A stretch of DNA of 64,000 nt from Tubulanus polymorphus (Eukaryota; Animalia; Nemertea): positions 9,858,001 to 9,922,000 of the forward strand of contig NC_134025.1 in NCBI RefSeq assembly GCF_964204645.1, read 5' to 3'. Positions 12,501 through 24,846 of this stretch are shown here, piece by piece. How positions within the stretch are numbered: position 1 is the stretch's first letter; every line of letters starts with the position of its first letter. The notes below the pieces were generated by a model. The model had not been told where the DNA came from, searched no databases, and saw nothing but the letters and a program-made list of their open reading frames with translations. Both the position numbers and the translations under genes were made by a program.

Positions 12501-15500
12501 GCGGTATTCTTGCTCAGGTATGCCCCTTCTTTAATAATAGTTTTGTTTGTTCTTGGCACTGCGCAATGTTCAGTTTCAGATTATAACGATGTGTCATTCA
12601 GGTATATAGCGTTGAATCTTATCTCGTGCATATATCAGGGAATTTTGTCTCCTACACGTAAACCGATTTACGATAATTCCAGGAAAAGAGCCCAAGATAA
12701 GAAGCTGGCTATGGCCTTGTGGAAAGTAGATTATACATCTATTTCATTTGACACGCAGGGCCGAATGGGTCTGAGTAGGGTCAGTATCCCTTTCATCACT
12801 TATATTCTCAGCCTTCTATTCTTTTTCATTGTCTTTTCTAATATTCTCTTGTTCTTTTCTCTCTCTCTTTTTCTGTCAAGGGTGCTTGCTGTAGCCGCCT
12901 TCTGGCTTTAGCTTGACCCTCAAAAGAAAGCCTTCTCAGTTCTATTGTCGTTTTATTTGTAAATAATCTTAAACCTTGCTTTCTTATGAAATTGAAATTA
13001 AAGTATGCATTGTCAAATACACCAACAATATATCGTTATCGAAAATAAAACTTCGAATACTGATAATAACAAAAGATATTGTGCATTTAACGGGAACAAG
13101 AATATTTGTTCCAAAAAGCGTTTTTGTTTGCTTTGGGGTACTCGACAGTGTAACTAGTTGCGTGAGCCTTTGGCGCACCAACTAAAAAACCATTTTGGCG
13201 TATTTCATCACATTTCTTTCAGGGAAAAATTGTAGAAAATCGAATGGCCTATATTTTTCGTTGAGATTTTTCTGGTTGTGTTTTGTATTTTTTCATGTAT
13301 ATATTATAGTTCAGTCTAAAGGACAAAAGACGGAAACGTAACTCATCATGTTCATCATCGGAAACTATAACGAGTAACGCAGGAAAAACGCAGATATTCA
13401 CGAACGTCGGAACTTACAAAGGCCAGATGGTGGCCGTTAAGAGCATTCGCAAAGACGAGGTGAAAATGACCAAAGAAATCATCACTGAACTGTCAACGGT
13501 AACAAACAGTTTATGGATTAATATGATTCAGTATATGAATGAATTCAAGACCGTCATCTACATTATGAAAAGTCTTAGCCTTAACTTATGTCTTTCAACA
13601 TGATTCTTTGCACTTCCATTTTGGCAAGATGAAATATTTTTACATCATTTTGAAATGTTGCTAGGTAAAGAATTATTCACAACAATCAATAAAATGAAAT
13701 AAAGACGCGGTAATCGTTATTCATATCATATTCGGGAATCGTGATTGATTTCAGAAGTAATTGCATTTTATTTAGCTAATGGTTGAAATCTCAATTTGTC
13801 GTCGTTTTTTAGTTGAAGGACCTGTCTCATGGTTGCTTGAATCCTTTTATCGGCGCTTGTGTCGCCGTAAATATCTGTGCTCTGTGGGGATACTGCGCTA
13901 AGGGTAGTTTACAGGTATACGCATCCATACGACGAATGTTGCATCAATGTCGTGCCATTAAAACAATGCTCGCGCCCAATTACTGCACGAAGGATAGGAA
14001 GAAATATCTCTCGATTTTGAACATAACTAGCTAAATCTTTTTCTGCTACTCTGAAAATCGTTGTGTGGTAATTTCTACGATGGAAACGCGTTTTCGATGA
14101 GTTTTTAAATTGACATTTTCAATTTCAGGATGTGATTTGGAACTGTAGTTACAAATTGGACAAAATATTCAAGTTGTCGTTTATCAGTGACATTATACGG
14201 GTAATTGAAAATATAACATAGAATTCAAAATAAAAAAGGAATGTATTCCGATCTCTAACGCACCAGTGAGTACTTCGGAAATCGTTGGAGTCAGATCAAA
14301 ACCTTTTTATTGGTAAAACAATCAGACGTGGAGGACAGATGATACGTTTTTAACCCAATATATAGGATTCGAAAGATTAAAAACCTATTCTATTCATCAC
14401 GGATTAAAATCAAAATACACGAAGTTTCGAACTATCACTATAGAGATAATTCTTTTTCTTTTATATAAGGGCATGGAATTCCTGCACAAATCAGCGGTCG
14501 GAGTGCATGGCCGCTTGAAATCGACGAATTGTCTGGTGGACAGCCGCTGGGTGTGTCGTGTCAGCAATTTCGGGCTGTTTTCTCTTTACGAAGGCGAACT
14601 ACCGTATTGGGGGAAAAGCGAAGACGCTTTATTCGCAAGTAAAAAATATCAACGTGTTTTTCACAAAGACCGAGTTAGCCGCTAAAATTTGATTCTCTGA
14701 AATAATGTTTGGCGCAACAGTATGTTGCTATTGCTTGAATACTTTCCTTTTCATCGATCAGATTTATATTGGACTGCTCCGGAATTCATAGCAGATCCAA
14801 AAAGACCCGTGAAGGCGAACCAGAAGGGTGACGTGTATAGCTTCGGTGTGATATTCACGGAAGTCATAATGCGCCAGGCGCCATATTGGAATCTCGGAGG
14901 AATGACCCCGAAAGGTGAACGAATGAATGTTGAATGAATACATGCAATTCATTCTTTCATAGTTTGTGCGACAACACTAACCGTACTTGATGAAATGTAG
15001 TTCTATTTCCTACGTATATAGATCAAACTAAAGTATTATACGTATAATAAATAATAAATTTAAAAAAAATAATAATAATTAAAAAAAAATAGATAAATAA
15101 ATAATAAATAAATAAATAATAAATAATAAATTTTGATTGAAAAAATTGACTTCGCACTCTAATAGTGCAGCATTCAACCCCTTCAATCATAGAAAGCCCT
15201 TTAGCCGTTTTCCACGAAAATACTGGTGTCTCTATGTTTGGCCTTGCGACTGTTTAGCTATCCAACAACGTTCTTACTGTTTCATTGATCATAGTCTTTA
15301 TTGCATCTTGAGATTTTTTCTCTCCAGAAATTGTCCAACATGTTCAAAATCCTTCCGATTCATCGAACCTATTTCGACCATCGATTGACATGGATTATCT
15401 ATCCACCGAAGATATTCCACATGGTTTACTACAAATACCTAAACAGTGCATGGACCAGGATCCAGGCCGTCGCCCGACTTTTGCCAACATACATAAACAA

Positions 15501-17651
15501 TTTAGAAAAATTCGTGGTGAGAGGTAGGTTCCGTACAATATGTAGGTAGGACTTCTAAATTTGCAGCGTTCATCTAATAGCCTTTCTTAGCAACTATATT
15601 GAGAAATGAATGGAAAATAGTCAGATTGATAGAAAGGATGAAACGAATCAACAGTAGAAATGTCGAAAACTTTATTTTCTAACACTTTCGGTATCTTAGT
15701 TTCTGCGATGATAGGGTTTAGAAGTAACCCCGGAACCGTTAGAAAATAAAGTTTTCTACATATCTAATGTGGGTTTTTATTTGTAGTGTAATTCTAGCTA
15801 ATGATAAATGTCATGTCAAACTTAATGACATAAATTTATTGTGAAGACAATCTAGATCAGTAGAGCATATATCAAAAACAGATTTAATTTCTTCGCAAGT
15901 AAAGCATGACCCATATTCAATGTATTTTCCTTTAAATCCTAAACGAAGAACTTCAAATGTGGTCGACCATATGATGTGGATGATGGAGAAGTACGCCGAC
16001 CATCTGGAAGAACAGGTTTTCGAACGAACGGAAGAGTTAGAAATCGAGAAAAAGAAAACGGACACGATTTTATACCAGTTATTGCCAAAGTATGAATGTA
16101 TAATAATTCTGGGTTGGATTTACCAAAAGCCTGTCGTTTGTGACTACTGCAATCATTTGTCTCATTATCTTATAGAACAGTTGCGGACAAATTAAAAGCT
16201 GGCCAACAAGTGAATGCGGAAGCATTTGAGAATGTAACAATCTATTTCTCAGATATTGTCGGATTTACAATTCTATCCGCAGCTAGTACGCCTATGCAGG
16301 TCAGGGTTCCTTTGTTTCAGCAGAAATTCGAAAGAATTTAAAAGATGTGTCATATATGTATTGATTCATTTTCATTATGAAATATGGTTGCTGGTTGTAG
16401 CCAAGTCTTTTTCTGCATATGCTTTTTTCATTTCCGTGGCAAAAAAACGGAATCAGTCACCATAGTACTCTGGAATGTTAATGAAAAGAGTTTTTAATAC
16501 TTTGCAGTTTTTGATACTTTTTTTAACTCTAGGTGGTCACATTTCTGAACAATCTTTATACCTGTTTCGACGACATTATTCTACAGCACGACGCTTTTAA
16601 AGTACGTGAAATACCGACCAAAATATGCATATCATCGTTCGCTTGTATAGTTGAAACCATTGTTAATTGTATCGTAGTGAAAGCGGAACATTTCCAAGGA
16701 ATGTATCTTTATTCAAGGTGGAAACAATCGGAGATGCCTACCTGATAGTGAGCGGCTTGCCGCACCGAAATGAACAGAGGCATGCTAGAGAAATGTCGGA
16801 CATCGCTTTGAAGATTCTGAAAGCGGTGCAGAGTTTTGAAATTCCTCACTTACCCAACACGAAACTGGGAATTCGAATTGGTCTGCATACTGGTAACTAT
16901 GTTAACAACTTCCCGTGAAAATAAGGGGTTAAAGAGAATGGCAGAGGAAATAATTTTGTTTCGGCGTTGCCTCAGAAAAAATATTTATTTGTGAGTTTTA
17001 TGTACTTGAACTACTATTGACGAAATATAGGATGAACGTTTGTTTGAGGAATCTTTTCGATTGGATTAATTTTATCATTCTCTTGCCTTTGGATGTATCA
17101 TGTTAAGCCAAAGACAGATTTATTGCCTCGATGAATTACTATTATCATTCGTCTATAGGTCCTTGTTGCGCAGGTGTAGTTGGGTTAACTATGCCAAAAT
17201 ACTGCCTTTTTGGCGATTCTGTGAACACAGCCTCTAGAATGGAATCTCACGGTGAACGTAAGTAATATTGGCAATGAAAATATACACGGTCCAGGCGCTT
17301 GTCAGAAAATGCTTGTAGATGACATTCTAAGTGTATCATCAAATGAAAATATAAGTAGCAACTTTTTTATTTCTTCTTGTAGAGATCTGGTTAGTTTTAG
17401 AATTTTGATTGACTTTATCTTAACTGAATATTATAGCTGAATATCGTATTGCTATGTTTCTAGCTATGAAAATACACATAAGCTCATCGACGAAAGAAGC
17501 TTTAGCGGAATTTACCGAATTCAAAGTGATACCGCGTGGTGAAATACCAGTCAAAGGAAAGGGCAACATGTTCACTTATTGGTTGATTGGCAAAGAGGGT
17601 TTGCAAGGAATTTTTCTTCCGCCATCCGATGCTTCTATAACATGGATTTGA
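6514..17651 (+). CDS. Receptor (membrane) guanylyl cyclase, natriuretic-peptide-receptor-like, about 1085 aa
   Basis: 23 GT-AG exons join in frame (3258 nt): 6514-6740, 8455-8558, 8662-8796, 9309-9524, 9820-10016, 10376-10504, 10860-10995, 11469-11617, 12139-12247, 12436-12517, 12683-12779, 13310-13498, 13813-13914, 14129-14200, 14470-14638, 14762-14914, 15328-15523, 15949-16089, 16176-16299, 16533-16601, 16718-16892, 17159-17257, 17464-17651. Domains: signal peptide; ANF-receptor-type ectodomain (FIGPPCS, LASYW, TLVR, DSPPCGF); TM; kinase-homology domain ([23 protein letters not shown]); hinge ([12 protein letters not shown]); cyclase ([45 protein letters not shown]). Confidence 0.95.
6897..7070. 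mobile_element. MITE copy (AAGCCCAACAC-ended family), degenerate right end, cyclase intron 1
   Basis: Shares the AAGCCCAAC left end and the internal ACATGGAAACGC..ATGTTTCTGTC..CTGTTTCCGTGTTT block with the copy at 8929-9119. Confidence 0.6.
8929..9119. mobile_element. MITE copy (AAGCCCAAC...GTTGGGCTT), cyclase intron 3
   Basis: Terminal inverted repeats and internal inverted GCAGGAAAACATGGAAA / TTTCCGTGTTTTCCTGC. Homologous to 6897-7070. Confidence 0.7.
15045..15130. repeat. A-rich (AAAT/AAT)n low-complexity repeat
   Basis: Visible AAATAATAAAT runs in cyclase intron 16. Confidence 0.8.
15654..15767. repeat. Intronic inverted repeat (small MITE or foldback)
   Basis: Perfect 19-bp arms GAAAACTTTATTTTCTAAC (15665-15683) and GTTAGAAAATAAAGTTTTC (15738-15756) with imperfect extensions. 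Confidence 0.75.
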
Positions 17652-18792
17652 CACAGATTCAGATGAACAGAACCTGCTCAATCGACCAATGATATGATTG
17701 GATTCTCTTCTACGTTCCACACGGAAGTTTTGGGCCGCTTTATATTTCGAAAGAAGCGTCTGTATCCAAATTCTAGATTAGATCTCAACGGAAGATGGTG
17801 TCTGTATGTTAGAACTGGCCTGCTTAGGGCCTGTTGTAAAATACAGAGACTATTCTTTCACAGAATTCGTTCAACGACGGCAAATTCGTCCCAATCTTAT
17901 TCTTGAATCAAATTTTTACATTTTTCTATTGCTCTTAAAAACCAAATTCTAGAACAATTTTAGGTTAGTTACGAATTTAATCATGTACTGTACAGAGATT
18001 TGTTATTATGTTACGTAAATGATTCTAAAAGATATAAAAAAAGTATACTAGTTTATTAGTGTTTTTATGGTGCGGTTTGGACGAGAAGATACACAATATC
18101 CGTGTATGAGGATGACGAGAGAAATCCAACAATAACGAAGCCAAGATTGAAAAATTCTATATCAGAATGATTGTATTTGAGGAGCGACGTTTCGGCAAAC
18201 AACTGTTAGCCATCATCAGTAGTGCGGTTTATCGCTGATTGCGTAAGAGATACGAGTGCAAATGCGGGATCAGGCCCTTTCTACATTCTGATGTCAATTA
18301 AACGTAATAGTTTAGAAAAAATTCGTAACCGTTTTCCTGCACTTTTGCCAGTTGTTGACGCGAAGTATAACCGGCCTGTAACCAAGGTTAAGGGACGGCG
18401 AGACCGTCGGGCGGCAAGTGTGGACATTTGAAATATTCATTTACTCAACAACCGTACCGGATCACTGACATTCTAGAAAATCGATCTACGTTTTCTATAG
18501 AATTTGATATCCATAGTTTTTATGGACATCATGGAAAATAATTCAAGATTCGCCGCATAATATGTAAATTACCCAATTATCTTTATAAATTATCTAACGA
18601 TATAATGATAGTTTGAACATATGCTCTTGGTCCTATTACGTACAACCAACATCATTTTCCGATCGACCAACTATCGGTAAAACGCTCCAGGGCCTAGCAT
18701 ATCTTTGCGCATGATTGAAAGCTTAGTAAAAATCGTTAGTACTCGTCAGTACTCCTGGCCAGCTCGCACTGCAGATCGATCGCTACGCAGCC

Positions 18793-19854
18793 ATGCGCAC
18801 GTCCACGAATAGTACTGGAATATGTCAAAGAAATACACTATTTTATAAGAAACAGTTTCATTATCTATTTTTGATCGGTCCGTTAGGACTAGAAGGGTTG
18901 CTCCTGAACTTCATGTGCGCAGTAGTTCTGCATCGATTGTACAAAAGAAATAAATCGTCCGCATTTTACACGCTGTTTATCCTATCACTATCCGATATAG
19001 GCGTGTGTATATCCACATTCATGTACCACGATGGAGTTATACTCGTCAAACTCGTCTATTACAAACCGAACATTGTATTTAACGCATATTTCGACGACGG
19101 TTCGTTTATTATGTACGTCATCAGTAACAACTGCCTTCAACTGTTTTGGAGATGGAGAAATCTGTTGACTTTGATGGTATCATTCGATCGGTTCATTCAC
19201 ATATTTGCCCCACTGTGGTCGCGGAGATATTGGCAAATAAAACACTGTATAGTCTATGCCGCGATTTCGTTCTTAATATTCGCAATCTTCTATATGTTTT
19301 ACGCCACTCTAGGTTTTACCTGGGTACCCGTTACCGATCCATGCTATGGCGGAAAGGTGCTGCGACAGATTATGGCGATTGCCGAAAGTAACAATTTGAA
19401 TTTTCTAGTTGACGTGATGCAAATCTATATTCCGACGATGGGAATAAGCTTTTTTACGTCTCTCTTGCTTTACAAATTATCAAAATACGCAGAAAGCCAA
19501 GGAAAAGGCGGTGAGATTGGAAAGGCTACGGGGAAAAAGTCCGTCGATATCCAGACTTCAATGCTGATAGTAGTAGTAGCAGTTATATTCATTGGTTGTA
19601 ACCTAGCTTACATGACCGTTCTTACCTGAGAACGTGTACCCGATTTACTTCCCATCAGTAAAGAATCGGACATATTGGCATGGACTCGAATTTGGACGAA
19701 TCTCTATTTGTTGAACGAATACTCGAATGCGTTGAATTCGGCGTTAAATCCAGTGTTTTATTTCATCGTCAATAAAAGCTTTCGCCGAGAAACGAGCAAC
19801 GCGTTTCTTTTTGATGAACGTAAAAGGCACAGAAACGAAAAATTTTCCGTTTGA
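18793..19854 (+). pseudogene. Intronless rhodopsin-class GPCR with one in-frame TGA (19627-19629); pseudogene, null allele or base error
   Basis: The frame continues past TGA as ERVPDLLPISKESDILAWTRIWTNLYLLNEYSNALNSALNPVFYFIVNKSFRRET..., colinear with the paralog, to a stop at 19852-19854. Total 354 codons, the same length as the paralog. Confidence 0.8.
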
Positions 19855-20908
19855 GGTTTCAATAATTCTTATATCAGATTACAATCAGTTTGGGCTTGGC
19901 CAACTTCCCAACTTAATTTGCATATTGCTGTTGTTTACACATTTGAAGAATTGATATTTTGATTTATATATATTCTCAATCAAATCTTACGACAAGGATT
20001 AAACAGCACTTCGTATCAAATTAATTTAATAACTCTCCATTAGAAACTCAGATTTTTTTCTAACGCGTTTACTTCGACTTCATCCTTCTGTTATTGGTTC
20101 AAACTCGTTAAATTTTGTCATACTAATACACACGTCACCAACACCAACAGTGTAATCAAAGTAACGAGTTATCTTCACACTGAAAGTATCAACCAGCTAT
20201 CCGTGAAAGATGTTTAAGAGCGAAATCCCACGATGGGAGACTAAAATTACTGAAATTGAAGAGAGGAATATAAGAGAAATGTAGAAACCACAAAGTTTCA
20301 ATCGACTATTCGCCATCATAATGCGACTTATTTATACCTTCAAGCGCCGTTTCAAAAAGGTCCGGATCTTAACGTAAACGAACAGCCCATAGAATCAGTC
20401 ACGCTACGGGCCTGATCACTAAACAAAAGACCTTATAACATATGATCTATATGAAAGGATTTGTCCCTTTGAGAAAGACAGCTACCGAGGTCTGATGTGT
20501 GTCATACGGTGACAGATAGTATTTTATGAGCGTTTGTCGCATGTCGAATAATCATTTTGTTTCACATTATCATTTACTTAAGACGCCATGGCTAATACAT
20601 AATATTGGGAATACATATCTGATGGACACCAAATAATCAAATCAAATACAACATTTAGTGGTTACTCACAGGGTCACTCTCTTAAGCAATCTCAATCAAA
20701 TGGGAAATCCAGGTGAAATCGACGCATCCAAAAATTTACTTCCGAAAATAAATGTTTTAATCCCAAACATTAATCCCACATACACATGCTGTTTATAATC
20801 AAAGTAATGATCCACTATGATCTAGGAATATCTCTAATTACTTTTTTCAAGCCATTAGTGAGCATATCTTTCTTATTAAGTGATTAAGTGAAACTTGAAA
20901 AATTATAT

Positions 20909-21970
20909 TCATAAAAATGAGAAATAGAAAAAAGAAAGAAATAGCCTAGCCGTTTCTCGTCGAAAGCTTTTATTTATCATGAAATAAAACACTGGATTCA
21001 AAGCCGAGTTTATTGCGTTCGAGTATTCGTTTGATAGATATAAATTCGTCCATATTCGAGCCCATTCCAAGGGGTCTGAGTGTTTACTGACAGGAAGTAA
21101 TTCGGGGAACCGCTGTAATGTAACGACACTCAGATAGGCTATACTGCAACCTATGAAAATGGCCGCCACAACTACTATCATAAGTGTGTTCTGAATGTCG
21201 ATGGACTTTTTACCGGTAACAGTTTTGATTCTATCATTTCTATCTCGTTGGTTTCGTGAATACGTTGCCAGTCTGTGTAGTAAAACAACAGTAAACACAC
21301 TTATTCCAATCGTCGGAATGTAAAGATGCACCATGTCGACCACAAAACGCAAGTTGTTGCCTTTGAAAATTCGTACCTTCCTCTGAAGCGTCTTTCCTTC
21401 GTAGCATGGATCGGTGACGGGTACCCAGGTAAAACATAGAGTAGCGTAAAACACGTGGAAGATAGAAAATACTACGAAGACTGCTGAAGCAAAGATTATG
21501 CAATGTTTTATTTGCCAATACTTTCGCGACCATAGTGGCGCTAATATGTGAATGAAGCGATCGAATGATACCATCAAAGTCAACAGATTTCTCCATCTCC
21601 AAAACAGTTGAAGGCAGTTGTTACCGATGACGTACATAGTAAACGAGCCGTCGTCGAAATATGCGTTGAATACAATTTGCGGTTTGTAATAGACGATTTT
21701 GACGAGTATAACTCCATCGTGGTACATGAATGTGGACATACACACGCCTATATCGGATAGTGATAGGATGAACAGCGTGTAAAATGCGGACGATCGATCT
21801 TTTTCGTACAATCGACGTAATACTATCGCGCACGTTACGTTCAACAAAACCCCCGCCAAACCTGTCGGGCCGATTAGAAACAAATAGTGAAACTGTTTCC
21901 GATAGAACTGCCGATCTCGCTCGCAGAGCTCAGTTACATTGTTCACGATTGTTGTTGTAAATCTTGCCAT
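20909..21970 (-). CDS. Intronless rhodopsin-class (peptide/chemoreceptor-like) GPCR, 353 aa
   Basis: First ATG at 21970. Seven hydrophobic segments; TM1 GxxLN, TM2 LSLSD, TM3 SFDRF (DRY variant), TM7 NSALNPVFY, helix-8 KSFRRE. The resemblance to expanded FMRFamide-receptor-like chemoreceptor groups is inference. Confidence 0.9.
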   Translation of the reverse strand: MARFTTTIVNNVTELCERDRQFYRKQFHYLFLIGPTGLAGVLLNVTCAIVLRRLYEKDRSSAFYTLFILSLSDIGVCMSTFMYHDGVILVKIVYYKPQIVFNAYFDDGSFTMYVIGNNCLQLFWRWRNLLTLMVSFDRFIHILAPLWSRKYWQIKHCIIFASAVFVVFSIFHVFYATLCFTWVPVTDPCYEGKTLQRKVRIFKGNNLRFVVDMVHLYIPTIGISVFTVVLLHRLATYSRNQRDRNDRIKTVTGKKSIDIQNTLMIVVVAAIFIGCSIAYLSVVTLQRFPELLPVSKHSDPLEWARIWTNLYLSNEYSNAINSALNPVFYFMINKSFRRETARLFLSFFYFSFL

Positions 21971-22492
21971 TCGTTGCACTACATGTGATTTTATGTCGTT
22001 ACATCGAGATCTCCGAACGCAATTTGATGCACCGCTGTTGTCTCTACAGGAGTGGATACGTACGTACTGTGAAATTAGATTTTGAATACACGTCTAAAAA
22101 TGGAGAGCGCAGTATAATTTAGTAAAGATAATTTGACTCCTAACTTACGTTTTACGCCAGAACAAAGATCGTGCAGCTAGAAAAACGTGAGCCAACGGTG
22201 CTGTGACTATGCATGGTTGATTGTATCATTTGATCTTTTTTTAGGAAACCCTAGATCAGAAACGTATGAGAGAAATTTTTTTCGTGAGATAATCTAATAC
22301 ATCATATTCAGTTCGGAAGCCGCCGTACTCTAGAATTACATGTATTACAAGCCAAAATGTTCCATACGATACTTTCATGCGTGCAACATATTCATGTATT
22401 CTATAAAGTCTACGAAACGTATGGGATTCATTAGTATTTTCACGCTTTATTTTCGGTTTTCTATATGTAAAAATGTCAACTAATGTCAACTA

Positions 22493-22773
22493 CAGTAAAC
22501 CATGCGTAAGTCGTATCGGCCAAAGTCGGATAATCTTTTTATATCAAAGAAATTTATATCCCAAAGTCGGATTCTGGTCGTGGTAAGTACTGTGTCAGAA
22601 TAGAAAAATGAACCGGAAGTATTCCAGTGTTTTTTAATCATTTATTCTAGATGTTGATTCAATTCCGTTTACAGAAATTAATTTCCAAGTCGTAGTTTTC
22701 GAAAAAAAAGGCTGGAAATCCGACGAGGACTTTTTTTAAGTTTCAAAAGATCCGACTTGCGCAAGGTCAACTG
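22493..22773. mobile_element. Tc1/mariner-type MITE
   Basis: TA|CAGTAAACCATGCGTAAGTCG ... CGACTTGCGCAAGGTCAACTG|TA, i.e. TIRs plus a TA duplication. Confidence 0.75.
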
Positions 22774-23796
22774 TAATTGAAAATTCGAAGCGAGTACGTC
22801 GAGACATTTGGAGGTACGAAACGTCTATGGGACAATATATTCTTTATTTTGTCCCGTAGTACGAAAAATCACTTAAGTAGAAAGGAAATGCGAAATGTGT
22901 AGATGCATGAGAGGTACTTGACATTCATAGTGAAAGTATGCTTCGAATCCACGGTTATTTCCGATTACCCACGATTTCTAGGAATAGTTTTTATTTCGCT
23001 AGATTCGAATCGAACCACAGTGCGGTTTCCGGAAATAACAACCTTTATTCATTTACATGTTTTTCGTTATTTCAACGATATACGATATTCTGAAAATGTA
23101 ATACCGGTAGTGAAGGTGGGCTTTGAAGTCGATGCGTATAGTTGACGTGTAGATGCGTATAGTTCGTGTCAATGTAGCAAACAAAATTAGATCAAAGAAA
23201 AATAAGGGTTAAACTTCGATGTTGATGTATTGGATTCTTACAGCATCGTTCGCGTTGGGACCGTATAAATTTGATGATCGGACACTGCTGAGCCATGAAT
23301 TAGAGACTGAGTCATTGAATGTTCCAACAATCCTCTGTAAAACTCTACCGCTTTAGTGGTCTTATTTTCATTTGTACTAACATAGACTCGATGTACAGCA
23401 TATCACGCCCGGTATGAATTTAGAACAAGATAATGTCTCTGATAAGATATATGTGTATTTCACTACCGAGATTTTCAACTAAAATCAGTTTCTTTTTGTC
23501 AGGTCGCAAGCTAGCCGCGGAATTTACGGAAACGTACCGGTGCTATGTATCTCAGCGTTGTTAAGGCAAACGTCACATTTCCACAATGATTTAGTTGAAA
23601 CAAGAAATCATTTAACAGTGAAGTAATCATTAATTTCAATACCTGAGGAAATATATATGTACCTATTCACGTGATTTTTGCACCGTAGTACGCAAAAACT
23701 CATTTCCGCTGCAGCACTCGCAATGTTTATCCCACATAGGGGTTTGTTCAATGTTGGTACACATTACCCTAAATACACGAATACTAGAAATCCAAT

Positions 23797-24846
23797 TTAC
23801 AGATATCTACCTAAATCAGCTAACGACTGAGCTACATAGTTCGGCAAACAGTAACTAAGAGAGTGCCGTTTGTGTTTGTCGATTTCGTCTAATGTTGACT
23901 GGCCGGTCAGTACCATTAGCGAATCTAAACCGCATTTCTTAGCAAACAAGATATCGGTCGAAAGGCAGTCGCCGATAACTAAAGTTTTGGATTTTCTTAT
24001 ATTCGGGTGAACCCTTTTAATGCAGTCGAAACAGTGTTCGCTCGGTTTGCCGAGAAAAAGCGGCGAACGGCCGGACGCTTTCGAAACGGCGGCTACAAGA
24101 GCACCATCGACCGGCGCTTTCAAACGGTTCGCGATCATAACGCTGGGATTGTCGCTGGTGCCGATGAAAGAACAATTCGGTTTCGAAAGATAACTAGCAG
24201 CTTTGAACAACTTGTTGTACGAAAAATGCGAATCGAATCCAACCACTACCGATCCTATGTCGGGTAATAGCTCCTGCTTGAATAGGTCTTGCGGCTCGAA
24301 CGGTATGCAATCCGAATCGGCTCCCACTCCAACATGTGGAATCCCAAGCTCCGCTAGTTCGTCGGACATTTCTCGCCGGCCTATAAGATAGACTTTTCCC
24401 TGAATCGGTTCGATTTCCTTCAGATAAACTGCTATCAAATACGGAATGCAAAATATATTTTTCTTGGGCACATCTATGCCGATTTCATCTTTGATACGCT
24501 GTTGGAATGAAGCCCTCGAACGTAAACTATTGTTCGACAGGAATATCAATTCCTTGTCGAGCTTAACGAGAATTTGCATGGTGTTTCTGATACCTGGAAT
24601 AGGCGTTATTTGGTCCATATGCCATAGCACACCGTCGCAGTCCATCAATATAGTATCGTACTTGGCGAGTATATCTCTACAGTTGGTCGAATTAATGAAT
24701 TTCGCCGGGTGATCAACTCCGTGTATGTTATGGTTACCTATACCGTTTTGCGTTATTCCATTTTTGCTGCCACTGCCCTCGTTCAAGACCTTTTTCGTTT
24801 TCTGACCTTTTACAGCAGCTCCTAATAACCCTACTCCGTTTCCCAT
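23797..24846 (-). CDS. HAD-superfamily subfamily IIA phosphatase (phosphoglycolate/glycerol-3-phosphate phosphatase or chronophin-like), 349 aa, single coding exon
   Basis: Motif I DCDGVLW, motif II SNNS, VVVGFD..FSYNKL, motif III GKP, motif IV IGDCLSTDILF..LMVLTG. First ATG at 24846 with an in-frame stop upstream. Confidence 0.92.
   Translation of the reverse strand: MGNGVGLLGAAVKGQKTKKVLNEGSGSKNGITQNGIGNHNIHGVDHPAKFINSTNCRDILAKYDTILMDCDGVLWHMDQITPIPGIRNTMQILVKLDKELIFLSNNSLRSRASFQQRIKDEIGIDVPKKNIFCIPYLIAVYLKEIEPIQGKVYLIGRREMSDELAELGIPHVGVGADSDCIPFEPQDLFKQELLPDIGSVVVGFDSHFSYNKLFKAASYLSKPNCSFIGTSDNPSVMIANRLKAPVDGALVAAVSKASGRSPLFLGKPSEHCFDCIKRVHPNIRKSKTLVIGDCLSTDILFAKKCGLDSLMVLTGQSTLDEIDKHKRHSLSYCLPNYVAQSLADLGRYL

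Noticed and set aside
19627-19629. Selenocysteine recoding of the GPCR TGA
   Set aside because: The aligned paralog residue is Leu, not Cys, and I could not see a convincing SECIS downstream. A SECISearch run would settle it.
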